A program made the position numbers and the translations under genes. DNA of 33,945 nucleotides. Origin: Acidimicrobiales bacterium (GTDB taxonomy: Bacteria; Actinomycetota; Acidimicrobiia; Acidimicrobiales; RAAP-2). The stretch's first letter is position 1; each line of letters begins with the position of its first letter. The stretch is taken from NCBI GenBank assembly GCA_035948045.1, contig DASZJN010000259.1:1-33945 (forward strand), written 5' to 3'. The notes beneath the pieces were generated by a model. That model ran no database searches, had not been told where the DNA came from, and was given only the letters and a program-made list of their open reading frames with translations. Below, piece after piece: positions 24,345 through 31,681 of the stretch.

Positions 24345-25553
24345 GTGGATTTCTCCCTGACCGCCGAGGACGAGGCCTTCGGCGTCGAGCTCCGGGGTTG
24401 GCTCGACGAGAACCTCGAGAAGTTCCTGACCGAGACGGAGGACGAGGACCAGCGAAACGCCGGCGTCCCGTCCCAGTCGCGCCGCAAGGCGTGGCAAGGG
24501 GTCATGAACGACGGGGGCTGGGCCGCTGTCCACTGGCCTACGGAGTGGGGCGGCCGCGAGACGACGCCCGTCCAACGCCTGCTGTATTCGGAGATCATGG
24601 CCGAGTACCGGACGCCGGGGATGTTCAACGCCAACGGCATCTGGCAGATCGGCCCCATGCTCATCCAGTGGGGAACCGAGGAGCAGAAGAACCGCTGGCT
24701 CCCCTCCATCATCAACGCCGACGATCACTGGTGCCAGGGGTTCTCGGAGCCCGATGCCGGAAACGACCTGGCCAACCTCCGCACCATGGCCATCCTCGAC
24801 GGCGACCACTACGTGGTCAACGGGCAGAAGATCTGGATCTCGACCGCACACCTGGCCAAGTGGGGCCTCTTCCTGTTCCGTACCGATCCGACGGCCATCG
24901 AGCGCGGGGCCAAGCACGAAGGCATCACCGCCTTCATCGTCGACCTCGAGTCACCGGGAGTCGAACGCCGACCCATTCGGGACATGTCGGGCGACGAGAT
25001 GTTCAACGAGGTCTACTTCCGCGACGTCCACGTACCGGTCGGCGACCGCCTGGGAGGCGAGGGCGAGGGCTGGATGGTGGCCATGGGCACCCTCGGCCAC
25101 GAGCGGGTCGGCATCGCGGGCCAGATCACCGCCCTGGCTGCCGACCTCCGGGCCATGATCGAGGCGGCCCGGGCGGTCAATCCCGATGCGCTGGCCGATC
25201 CGGGTATCGCCGATCGGCTGGCTCGGGCCTGGACGGAGATCGAGCTGACCCGGCTGTTGGTGTACCGGGCGCTCAGCAAGGTCATGCGGGGCGAGAAGAA
25301 CTGGCCCGAGGTCCCCTTCTCCAAGCTCCAGTACTCGATGCTGGCCCAGACCCTGGCCGAGCTGGCCGTGGACCTGCTCGGACCGGTCGGACTCCTGGCC
25401 CGGGGCGGCCCCGAGGCCGTCGACCGGGGGAAGTGGACCCGGCTGTACTCGTTCCAGCGGTACACGACCATCGGTGGCGGGTCCACCGAAGTCCAGAAGA
25501 ACATCATCGCCGACCGGGCTGTGAAGCTGCCCGGTCAGACCCGGCTGTCCTGA
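24345..25553 (+). CDS. acyl-CoA dehydrogenase, alpha-type subunit
   Basis: GTG 24345 (MDFSLTAEDEAFG...). Motifs are GFSEPDAGNDLANL, GWMVAMGTLGHERV and GGGSTEVQKNIIADRAV. Confidence 0.92.
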   Translation: MDFSLTAEDEAFGVELRGWLDENLEKFLTETEDEDQRNAGVPSQSRRKAWQGVMNDGGWAAVHWPTEWGGRETTPVQRLLYSEIMAEYRTPGMFNANGIWQIGPMLIQWGTEEQKNRWLPSIINADDHWCQGFSEPDAGNDLANLRTMAILDGDHYVVNGQKIWISTAHLAKWGLFLFRTDPTAIERGAKHEGITAFIVDLESPGVERRPIRDMSGDEMFNEVYFRDVHVPVGDRLGGEGEGWMVAMGTLGHERVGIAGQITALAADLRAMIEAARAVNPDALADPGIADRLARAWTEIELTRLLVYRALSKVMRGEKNWPEVPFSKLQYSMLAQTLAELAVDLLGPVGLLARGGPEAVDRGKWTRLYSFQRYTTIGGGSTEVQKNIIADRAVKLPGQTRLS

Positions 25554-25565
25554 CCGGTCGGGTCC

Positions 25566-27146
25566 GTGCCTCCCCGCGGTGACGGTCGCGCTCCGTGCCT
25601 GATCGGCGTGGGCCGCCGGACGTGGCGGCCCGAGGAGTGCGGGCCCGACGGGGCGCCCGAACCGCTGGAGATGTGGGAGTCGGTGGCTCGGTTGGCCGAT
25701 GCCGACACCGGCAGGCCCGGGGCCATCCAAGGCGTCCAACGGATCGACGTCGTCTACTGCCAGGCCTGGCAGTACGACGATCCCGCGGGCAGGCTGGCCG
25801 AGCGGCTGGGCGTCCATCCGCAGACCCTGCACTATTCGGGGATCGGGGGAAACGTCCCCCAGTCGCTCGTCTCCAGTGCCGCTCGGGACATTGTGGCCGG
25901 CGACCTCGACCTGGCGCTGGTGGTCGGGGGCGAGGCCCTGGCCACCACCAGGCGGTTGAAAAAGGAGGGGCGCAAGCCGGCCTGGAGCCACCCGCCGGAC
26001 ACGAAACGTCGCTTTCCGTTCGACACCCCGTTGGAGCCGGGCGAGGTGGCTCACAGTATCTTCGAGGCCTGGCTCACCTTCGCCCTGTTCGAGAACGCCC
26101 ATCGGGCCCACCTCGGCACCGGCCTGGACGAGTACCGCCACCAACTCGGTGAACTCCTCTCACCCCTGACCGCAGTGGCTGCCGCCAATCCTCATGCGTG
26201 GTTCCGGGTGACACGCGGCGTCGAAGAGGTCATCGGCCCGACCGGCCAGAACCGGATGGTCGGCTATCCCTACTCCAAGTTGATGACCGCCATCATGGAC
26301 GTGGACATGGCAGCAGCCGTGCTGGTGGCCAGCGATGCCACCGCCGACTCCCTCGGGGTGCCCGACGACCGGCGGGTGTACCTGCGGGGATGGGGGTACG
26401 CCGAGGACCCTCCAGCCCTGGCCCGGCGGTCCGACCTCTGGCGGTCGGGGGCGATGGAAGCGGCCAGCAGCGCAGCCCTGCTGGGCGCCGGGGCCGAGGT
26501 GGACGACATCGCACACTTCGATCTGTACTCGTGCTTCGCCAGTTCGATCGGGTTCGCCCTCGACGCGCTGGGGATCGACCCGGCGACGGCCCGGAGCGCG
26601 GACCCGGGCACGGCACCGGAACGCTCGGTCTCGGTCACGGGGGGCTTGGCCTACCACGGCGGGCCCGGAAGCAACTATCTGACCCACGCGCTGGCCACCA
26701 TGGTCGAGATCCTCAGGGCCGACCCGGGCTCGTTGGGCATGGTCTCCGGGGTCGGGATGCACATGCACAAACACGTCTTTGCCACGTATTCCACCACGCC
26801 CGGGGTCCTCGTCCCCCCCGAGGATGCGGCGGTGTCGGCGCGGGGCGCCATGGCCCAGACCCCGATCGTCGATACCTTCGACGGGCCGGCCACCGTGGCC
26901 AGCTACTCAGTGATCCACGGGCGGGACGGCGAGCCCGAGTGGGCGGCGTTGATCTGTGACCTCGCTCCACCAGCCTGTGGTGGCGCTCCCCGTGATCGGA
27001 CCTCCGGCGCCGCAGAAGTCGGAGCCAGGTGCTATGCCCGATTGACTGACCCCGCGGCCCTGCGCGACGCCGAGTCCGACGAGTTGATCGGGCGCCCCGT
27101 GCATCTCGCCACCGACGCCAACGGCATCAACACGGCCCACCTCTGA
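25566..27146 (+). CDS. thiolase-like protein lacking the nucleophilic Cys, with a C-terminal DUF35-type OB-fold extension
   Basis: 526-aa ORF with a GTG start 12 nt after the preceding stop. The thiolase-fold segment GIGGNVPQSLVSSAARDIVAGDLDLALVVGGEA has Gly at the Cys position. DLYSCFASS and VTGGLAYHGGPGSNY are present. The tail reads TVASYSVIHGRDGEPEWAALICDL...GRPVHL. Confidence 0.82.
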   Translation: MPPRGDGRAPCLIGVGRRTWRPEECGPDGAPEPLEMWESVARLADADTGRPGAIQGVQRIDVVYCQAWQYDDPAGRLAERLGVHPQTLHYSGIGGNVPQSLVSSAARDIVAGDLDLALVVGGEALATTRRLKKEGRKPAWSHPPDTKRRFPFDTPLEPGEVAHSIFEAWLTFALFENAHRAHLGTGLDEYRHQLGELLSPLTAVAAANPHAWFRVTRGVEEVIGPTGQNRMVGYPYSKLMTAIMDVDMAAAVLVASDATADSLGVPDDRRVYLRGWGYAEDPPALARRSDLWRSGAMEAASSAALLGAGAEVDDIAHFDLYSCFASSIGFALDALGIDPATARSADPGTAPERSVSVTGGLAYHGGPGSNYLTHALATMVEILRADPGSLGMVSGVGMHMHKHVFATYSTTPGVLVPPEDAAVSARGAMAQTPIVDTFDGPATVASYSVIHGRDGEPEWAALICDLAPPACGGAPRDRTSGAAEVGARCYARLTDPAALRDAESDELIGRPVHLATDANGINTAHL

Positions 27147-27220
27147 TGGGTGCAATTAAGCGGGCGCGATACAGCCTTGCCGTGGCCGCCCACCCCTCGT
27201 CCATCTGTAGCTAGTCTCTA

Positions 27221-27234
27221 TGACACCGGCGTCA
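27221..27234. promoter_or_regulatory. 14-bp near-palindrome upstream of the amidohydrolase-crotonase pair
   Basis: TGACACCGGCGTCA has 12 of 14 positions self-complementary. It lies in the 148-bp intergenic region, 61 nt upstream of ATG 27295. Confidence 0.25.
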
Positions 27235-27257
27235 GACTCCCAGGGATTCGGGGAGCC

Positions 27258-27281
27258 GGGCACAACACGGCGGGCACAACA
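27258..27281 (+). repeat. perfect 10-nt direct repeat GGGCACAACA x2 (14-nt period) abutting the RBS
   Basis: The copies are at 27258-27267 and 27272-27281, separated by CGGC. They are followed directly by the GGGAGG Shine-Dalgarno (27283-27288) and ATG 27295. Confidence 0.5.
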
Positions 27282-27294
27282 AGGGAGGATGCCG

Positions 27295-28596
27295 ATGCGG
27301 GCCGAGGATCTGATTCTGGTGAGCGTGGACGATCACATCGTCGAGCCACCTGAGATGTTCGAGGGGCGGCTGCCGGCCAAGTACCAGGACCTCGCACCCA
27401 AGCTCGAGCGCAAGCCCGACGGCACGGACGTCTGGCAGTACGACGGAAGCGAGATCCCCAACATCGGGCTCAACGCCGTCGTCGGTCGCCCGCCCGAGGA
27501 GTACGGCATCGAGCCGACGTCGCTCGACCAGATGCGGGCGGGGTGCTTCGACGTCCACGAGCGGGTCCGGGACATGAATGCCAACGGTGTGCTCGGCTCG
27601 ATGTGCTTTCCGTCCTTCCCGCAGTTCTGCGGCCAGCTCTTCGCCCGCACCAAAGACAAGGACGTGGCCCTGGCCATGATCCGCGCCTACAACGACTGGC
27701 ACATCGAAGGCTGGTGCGGGGCCGAACCGGGCCGTTTCATCCCGCTGTCCCTGCCAGTGCTGTGGGATCCGGCGCTGGCGGCCGACGAGGTCCGGCGGGT
27801 AGCGGCCAAGGGATGTCACGCGGTGACGTTCTCGGAGAACCCGGAGAAGCTGGGGTGGCCGAGCTTCCACTCCGATCACTGGGACCCGTTCTGGCAGGCG
27901 TGCGCCGACGAGGGAACCGTCGTCTGCCTGCACATCGGTTCGTCGTCCCAGCTGGTGATCACCTCGGTGGAGGCGCCCATCGACGTCATGATCTCCCTGC
28001 AACCCATGAACGTGGTGCAGGCCGCGGCTGACCTGCTGTGGTCACCGGTGCTCCGCAAGTTCCCCGATCTGCGGATCGCCCTGTCCGAAGGGGGCATCGG
28101 TTGGATCCCCTATCTGCTCGAGCGCGTGGACTACGTCTACGAGCACCACCGCGCCTGGACGGGTCAGGACTTCGGCGGTCTCCTGCCCAGCCAACTGTTC
28201 AAGGAACGGATCGTGACCTGCTTCATCGATGACGCCTTCGGGGTAGACAACCGTCGCTATCTGAACCTCGACAACATCACCTGGGAGTGCGACTACCCGC
28301 ACTCCGACTCGACCTGGCCCCACGCCCCCGAGTCGGCCATGAAGTACCTGGCCGACGTGCCCGACGACGAGATCGACAAGATCACGCACCTCAACGCCAT
28401 GCGCATCTTCGCCTACGACCCGTTCCCCATCCGGCCACGCGAGCGCTGCACGGTGGAGGCCCTCCGGGCCGAGGCCACTGACGTCGACCTCTCGCTCATG
28501 ACCCGTTCAGCCGGCGGGAATGATCGGCCCCGGGGCCACGTGGCCCTCGACCTGTCGTCCATCGGGGCGAAGTCCCCGGCCGGGGGGAACGACTGA
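27295..28596 (+). CDS. amidohydrolase-2 family metal-dependent hydrolase
   Basis: MRAEDLILVSVDDHIVEPPEMF..., with CFPSFP, AVTFSENP, VVCLHIGSS, ALSEGGIGWIPY and ITWECDYPHSDSTWP. Start is ATG 27295, 6 nt after GGGAGG. In-frame ATGs at 27289 and 27220 are alternatives. Confidence 0.88.
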   Translation: MRAEDLILVSVDDHIVEPPEMFEGRLPAKYQDLAPKLERKPDGTDVWQYDGSEIPNIGLNAVVGRPPEEYGIEPTSLDQMRAGCFDVHERVRDMNANGVLGSMCFPSFPQFCGQLFARTKDKDVALAMIRAYNDWHIEGWCGAEPGRFIPLSLPVLWDPALAADEVRRVAAKGCHAVTFSENPEKLGWPSFHSDHWDPFWQACADEGTVVCLHIGSSSQLVITSVEAPIDVMISLQPMNVVQAAADLLWSPVLRKFPDLRIALSEGGIGWIPYLLERVDYVYEHHRAWTGQDFGGLLPSQLFKERIVTCFIDDAFGVDNRRYLNLDNITWECDYPHSDSTWPHAPESAMKYLADVPDDEIDKITHLNAMRIFAYDPFPIRPRERCTVEALRAEATDVDLSLMTRSAGGNDRPRGHVALDLSSIGAKSPAGGND

Positions 28597-28598
28597 CC

Positions 28599-29408
28599 AT
28601 GCCCATCCACTACCACCTGGACGACGACCACATCGCCCGCATCGTCATCGACCGCCCCGAGGCGAAGAACGCCATGGACATGGACCACTTCTTCCAGCTC
28701 CGCAGCGCCTGGGACCGGTTCGGGGAGGAGGAGGAGGCCTGGGTGGCGGTGATCACCGGGGTCAAGGACGTCTTCTTGGTGGGGGCGGACCTCAAGACGT
28801 ACATCCCCCAGATCACCGAGCACCAGAAGAAGATCACCTCCGGCGAGGTGGACACCATCGGCGGCTACCGCCTGGATGACGGCACCCGGGCCGTCCTGCG
28901 CGGCGTGAAGCTCTACAAGCCCATCATCGCCGCGGTCAACGGGACGTGTGTGGCCGGGGGCATGGAGATGCTCGGCGGATGCGACATCCGGGTGGCCGCC
29001 GACACCGCCACCTTCGGGGTGCTGGAGCCAAAGCGGGGCTTGTTCGCCGGCGGCGGGACCACCGTCCGCCTGCCCCGCCAGATCCCCTATCCGGCGGCCA
29101 TGGAGTTCCTTCTGTGCGCCGACCAGATCGGGGCGCAGCGCGCTTTCGACATGGGCCTGCTCAACGAGGTGACCCATCCCGACCGGCTGATGGAGCGCGC
29201 CGATGACTACGCCCGCCGGATCATCGCCAACGGCCCCCTGGCCGTCCGAAAGACGAAGGAGTCAGTGCTCCGGGGGTTGGCCACCGACATGCGGGAGGCC
29301 TACCGCATCGAATCGGAGCTGGCCGGCGAGGTCTTCGGCAGCGAGGACGCCAAGGAAGGGCCGAAGGCATTCAAGGAGAAGCGCCCACCGCTCTGGACGG
29401 GCCGGTAG
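28599..29408 (+). CDS. enoyl-CoA hydratase/isomerase (crotonase) family protein
   Basis: 269-aa ORF starting 2 nt after the amidohydrolase stop. Motifs are IVIDRPEAKNAM, PIIAAVNGTCVAGGMEMLGGCDIRVA, VLEPKRGLFAGGGTT and EGPKAFKEKRPP. Confidence 0.92.
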   Translation: MPIHYHLDDDHIARIVIDRPEAKNAMDMDHFFQLRSAWDRFGEEEEAWVAVITGVKDVFLVGADLKTYIPQITEHQKKITSGEVDTIGGYRLDDGTRAVLRGVKLYKPIIAAVNGTCVAGGMEMLGGCDIRVAADTATFGVLEPKRGLFAGGGTTVRLPRQIPYPAAMEFLLCADQIGAQRAFDMGLLNEVTHPDRLMERADDYARRIIANGPLAVRKTKESVLRGLATDMREAYRIESELAGEVFGSEDAKEGPKAFKEKRPPLWTGR

Positions 29409-29809
29409 CCCTACGCTCGGCCGGTGAGCGAGCCGGAGAGCACGGGTTCCCCGATTCGGGCCCACAGACCCGACCGATTCCGAACAGCTCCGATCACTGC
29501 CTGCCGACCCGGTCTCGAACGGCTGACGCGTTCAACGTCCACCCAATCTCACGTCCGGGCACGGTTTCCCCGGCCAGGGCCACAATGCGGTCGTCCGTGG
29601 TCCCATGCCTCGCGGGTCGTCAGAATCGCGACATTTCTGCTGGTCAGACTCTCTTTTTGGTGCCATTGCACGCACTCTTCGTTCCCGTGTTCAACCCGCC
29701 GCTGCGTAGAGCGACTCGCGAACATGGGCCGCCCCTCCGTCGGATCCCACCGCGCACAGGCGACGAGTTTGCTGACCCTGGCGTCATGTCCAACGACTAG
29801 CGTTGGAAC

Positions 29810-31681
29810 ATGCCCGGGTTCGATGCAACGGCGCCTTCATCGTCGCCACCGGGACCGGCGGCGGGAGCGAGCGGAGCCGCGGCCTACGACCCCGAGGCCG
29901 TCCGCGCCAAGTACCTGGCCGAGCGGGACAAGCGGCTCGTCCCCGGCCGCGCTGACATCCGCGACCTGGGGACCGATGAGCACTTCGCTCGCTACCGCGA
30001 CGATCCGTTCACACCATTCATCGAGCGCGAATCGGTCGCCGACGACGTCGATGTGGTGATCGTCGGCGGGGGAATCGCCGGGGTCCTCGCCGGTGCCCGC
30101 CTCCGCCAGGCCGGCATCGAGCGAATCCGCATCGTCGACCAGGCCGGTGGCATCGGGGGTACCTGGTATTGGAACCGCTACCCGGGCGTGATGTGCGACG
30201 TCGAGTCGTACAGCTACCTTCCGATGCTGGAAGAGCTCGACTACATCCCTACCCGGCGCTACGCGTTCGGTGAGGAGATCCGGTGCCACCTCGAGGCGAT
30301 CGCCGACCGGTTCGACCTGGTGGCCGAGGCCATGTTCCACACCGGGGTCACCCGCGCCGAGTGGGACGAGGATGCGGCCCGGTGGCTGATCCACACCGAC
30401 CGTGGCGACGAGATCAGCTGCCGCTGGTACGTGCTGGCCGTCGGGATCCTCAACCTGATGAAACTGCCGACCCTCCCGGGCATGGAGGACTTCGCCGGGC
30501 GCTCGTTCCACACGGCTCGGTGGGACTACGAGTACACCGGCGGCGGGCCGCACGAGCCCCTCACTGGCCTCAAGGACAAGGTCGTCGCCCTGATCGGCAC
30601 GGGGGCGAGCGGCATCCAGTGCGTGCCGCCCCTGGCCGAGTCGGCGAAGCACGTCTATGTGTTCCAGCGCACGCCGTCGGCCATCGGCGAGCGGGGCAAC
30701 CGGCCGACCGATCCCGACTTCGCCCACGGGCTCGAGCCGGGCTGGCAGCGGGCCCGAATGGACAACTTCCAGTCCATCATCATGGGCCGGCCCGTAGAGC
30801 TCGACCAGGTCGACGACGGGTGGACGCACCACTACGCGGCCGTCCAGCACCCCCCGCGGTGGGAGGGAATGACAACCGCCGAGTACGTGCGCAGTGGCGA
30901 GGAGGTCGACTACTCGATCATGGATGCGCACCGACGCCGGATCGAGGAGCTGGTGGCCGACCCGGCCACGGCCGAGATCCTGAAGCCGTACTACCGCTAT
31001 CTCTGCAAGCGGCCCTGCTTCCACGACGAGTACCTGCCGGCATTCAACAACCCGAACGTCACCCTGATCGACTGTCCCGCTGGGATCGACCGGATCACCA
31101 AGCAAGGACCGGTCATCGACGGGAGGCAGTTCGATGTCGACTGCATCCTCTACGGCACCGGCTTCGAGCGCGAGCTCACCCCGCTCTTCCGTCGTGCCGG
31201 CCACGAGATCGTCGGTCGCGGCGGTGTCACCCTGGCCGAGAAATGGTCCGACGGTGCCGCCAGCCTGTTCGGGATGATGAGTCGTGGCTTCCCCAACATG
31301 TTCGTCATGCCGGCTCCGGGGCAACAGGCGGTGGTGACCGTCAACTACACGCAGCTGGCCGTGCTGGGCGCCGAGTTCATCGGCCATGCCGTCGGAATGC
31401 TGGAGCAGCAGGGGGTGGAGGTGGCCGACGTGAGCGCCGAGGCCGAGGAGGCGTGGACACAGAAGATCGTCGACTCCTACGTCGACAGCAGCGCCGTCAT
31501 GTCCGCCTGCACGCCGTCGCGCATCAACAACGAGGGCCACCCGGAAGCGAACAACCCCCGCAACGGCAACTACGGCCGCGGGTTCGGCGACTGGTTCGCC
31601 TACCGCGAGGTGCTCGAGCAGTGGCTCGAGGCCGGCGGGTTCGAGGGCCTGGAGCTCGAGGTCCGGTCGACGGCATCGTGA
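29810..31681 (+). CDS. type I Baeyer-Villiger monooxygenase (FAD/NADPH-dependent)
   Basis: 623-aa ORF. It has the FAD fold VVIVGGGIAGV, GGTWYWNRYPG, the BVMO fingerprint FAGRSFHTARWD (FxGxxxHxxxW[P/D]) and a second Rossmann motif ALIGTGASGIQ. Confidence 0.93.
   Translation: MPGFDATAPSSSPPGPAAGASGAAAYDPEAVRAKYLAERDKRLVPGRADIRDLGTDEHFARYRDDPFTPFIERESVADDVDVVIVGGGIAGVLAGARLRQAGIERIRIVDQAGGIGGTWYWNRYPGVMCDVESYSYLPMLEELDYIPTRRYAFGEEIRCHLEAIADRFDLVAEAMFHTGVTRAEWDEDAARWLIHTDRGDEISCRWYVLAVGILNLMKLPTLPGMEDFAGRSFHTARWDYEYTGGGPHEPLTGLKDKVVALIGTGASGIQCVPPLAESAKHVYVFQRTPSAIGERGNRPTDPDFAHGLEPGWQRARMDNFQSIIMGRPVELDQVDDGWTHHYAAVQHPPRWEGMTTAEYVRSGEEVDYSIMDAHRRRIEELVADPATAEILKPYYRYLCKRPCFHDEYLPAFNNPNVTLIDCPAGIDRITKQGPVIDGRQFDVDCILYGTGFERELTPLFRRAGHEIVGRGGVTLAEKWSDGAASLFGMMSRGFPNMFVMPAPGQQAVVTVNYTQLAVLGAEFIGHAVGMLEQQGVEVADVSAEAEEAWTQKIVDSYVDSSAVMSACTPSRINNEGHPEANNPRNGNYGRGFGDWFAYREVLEQWLEAGGFEGLELEVRSTAS

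Noticed and set aside
1813-31540. Many long ORFs antisense to, or out of frame with, the called genes. Examples: 1813..3057+, 3054..4292+, 5209..6774+, 6871..8193-, 8222..9391-, 9788..11461+, 12400..13530-, 16531..17706+, 18381..20066+, 21703..23055-, 23391..24917-, 24951..26144-, 29837..31540-.
   Set aside because: They translate to Arg/Pro/Gly/Ala-rich low-complexity strings with no domain motifs. Each lies opposite a gene with strong family signatures. These are the usual shadow ORFs of stop-codon-poor, high-G+C DNA.
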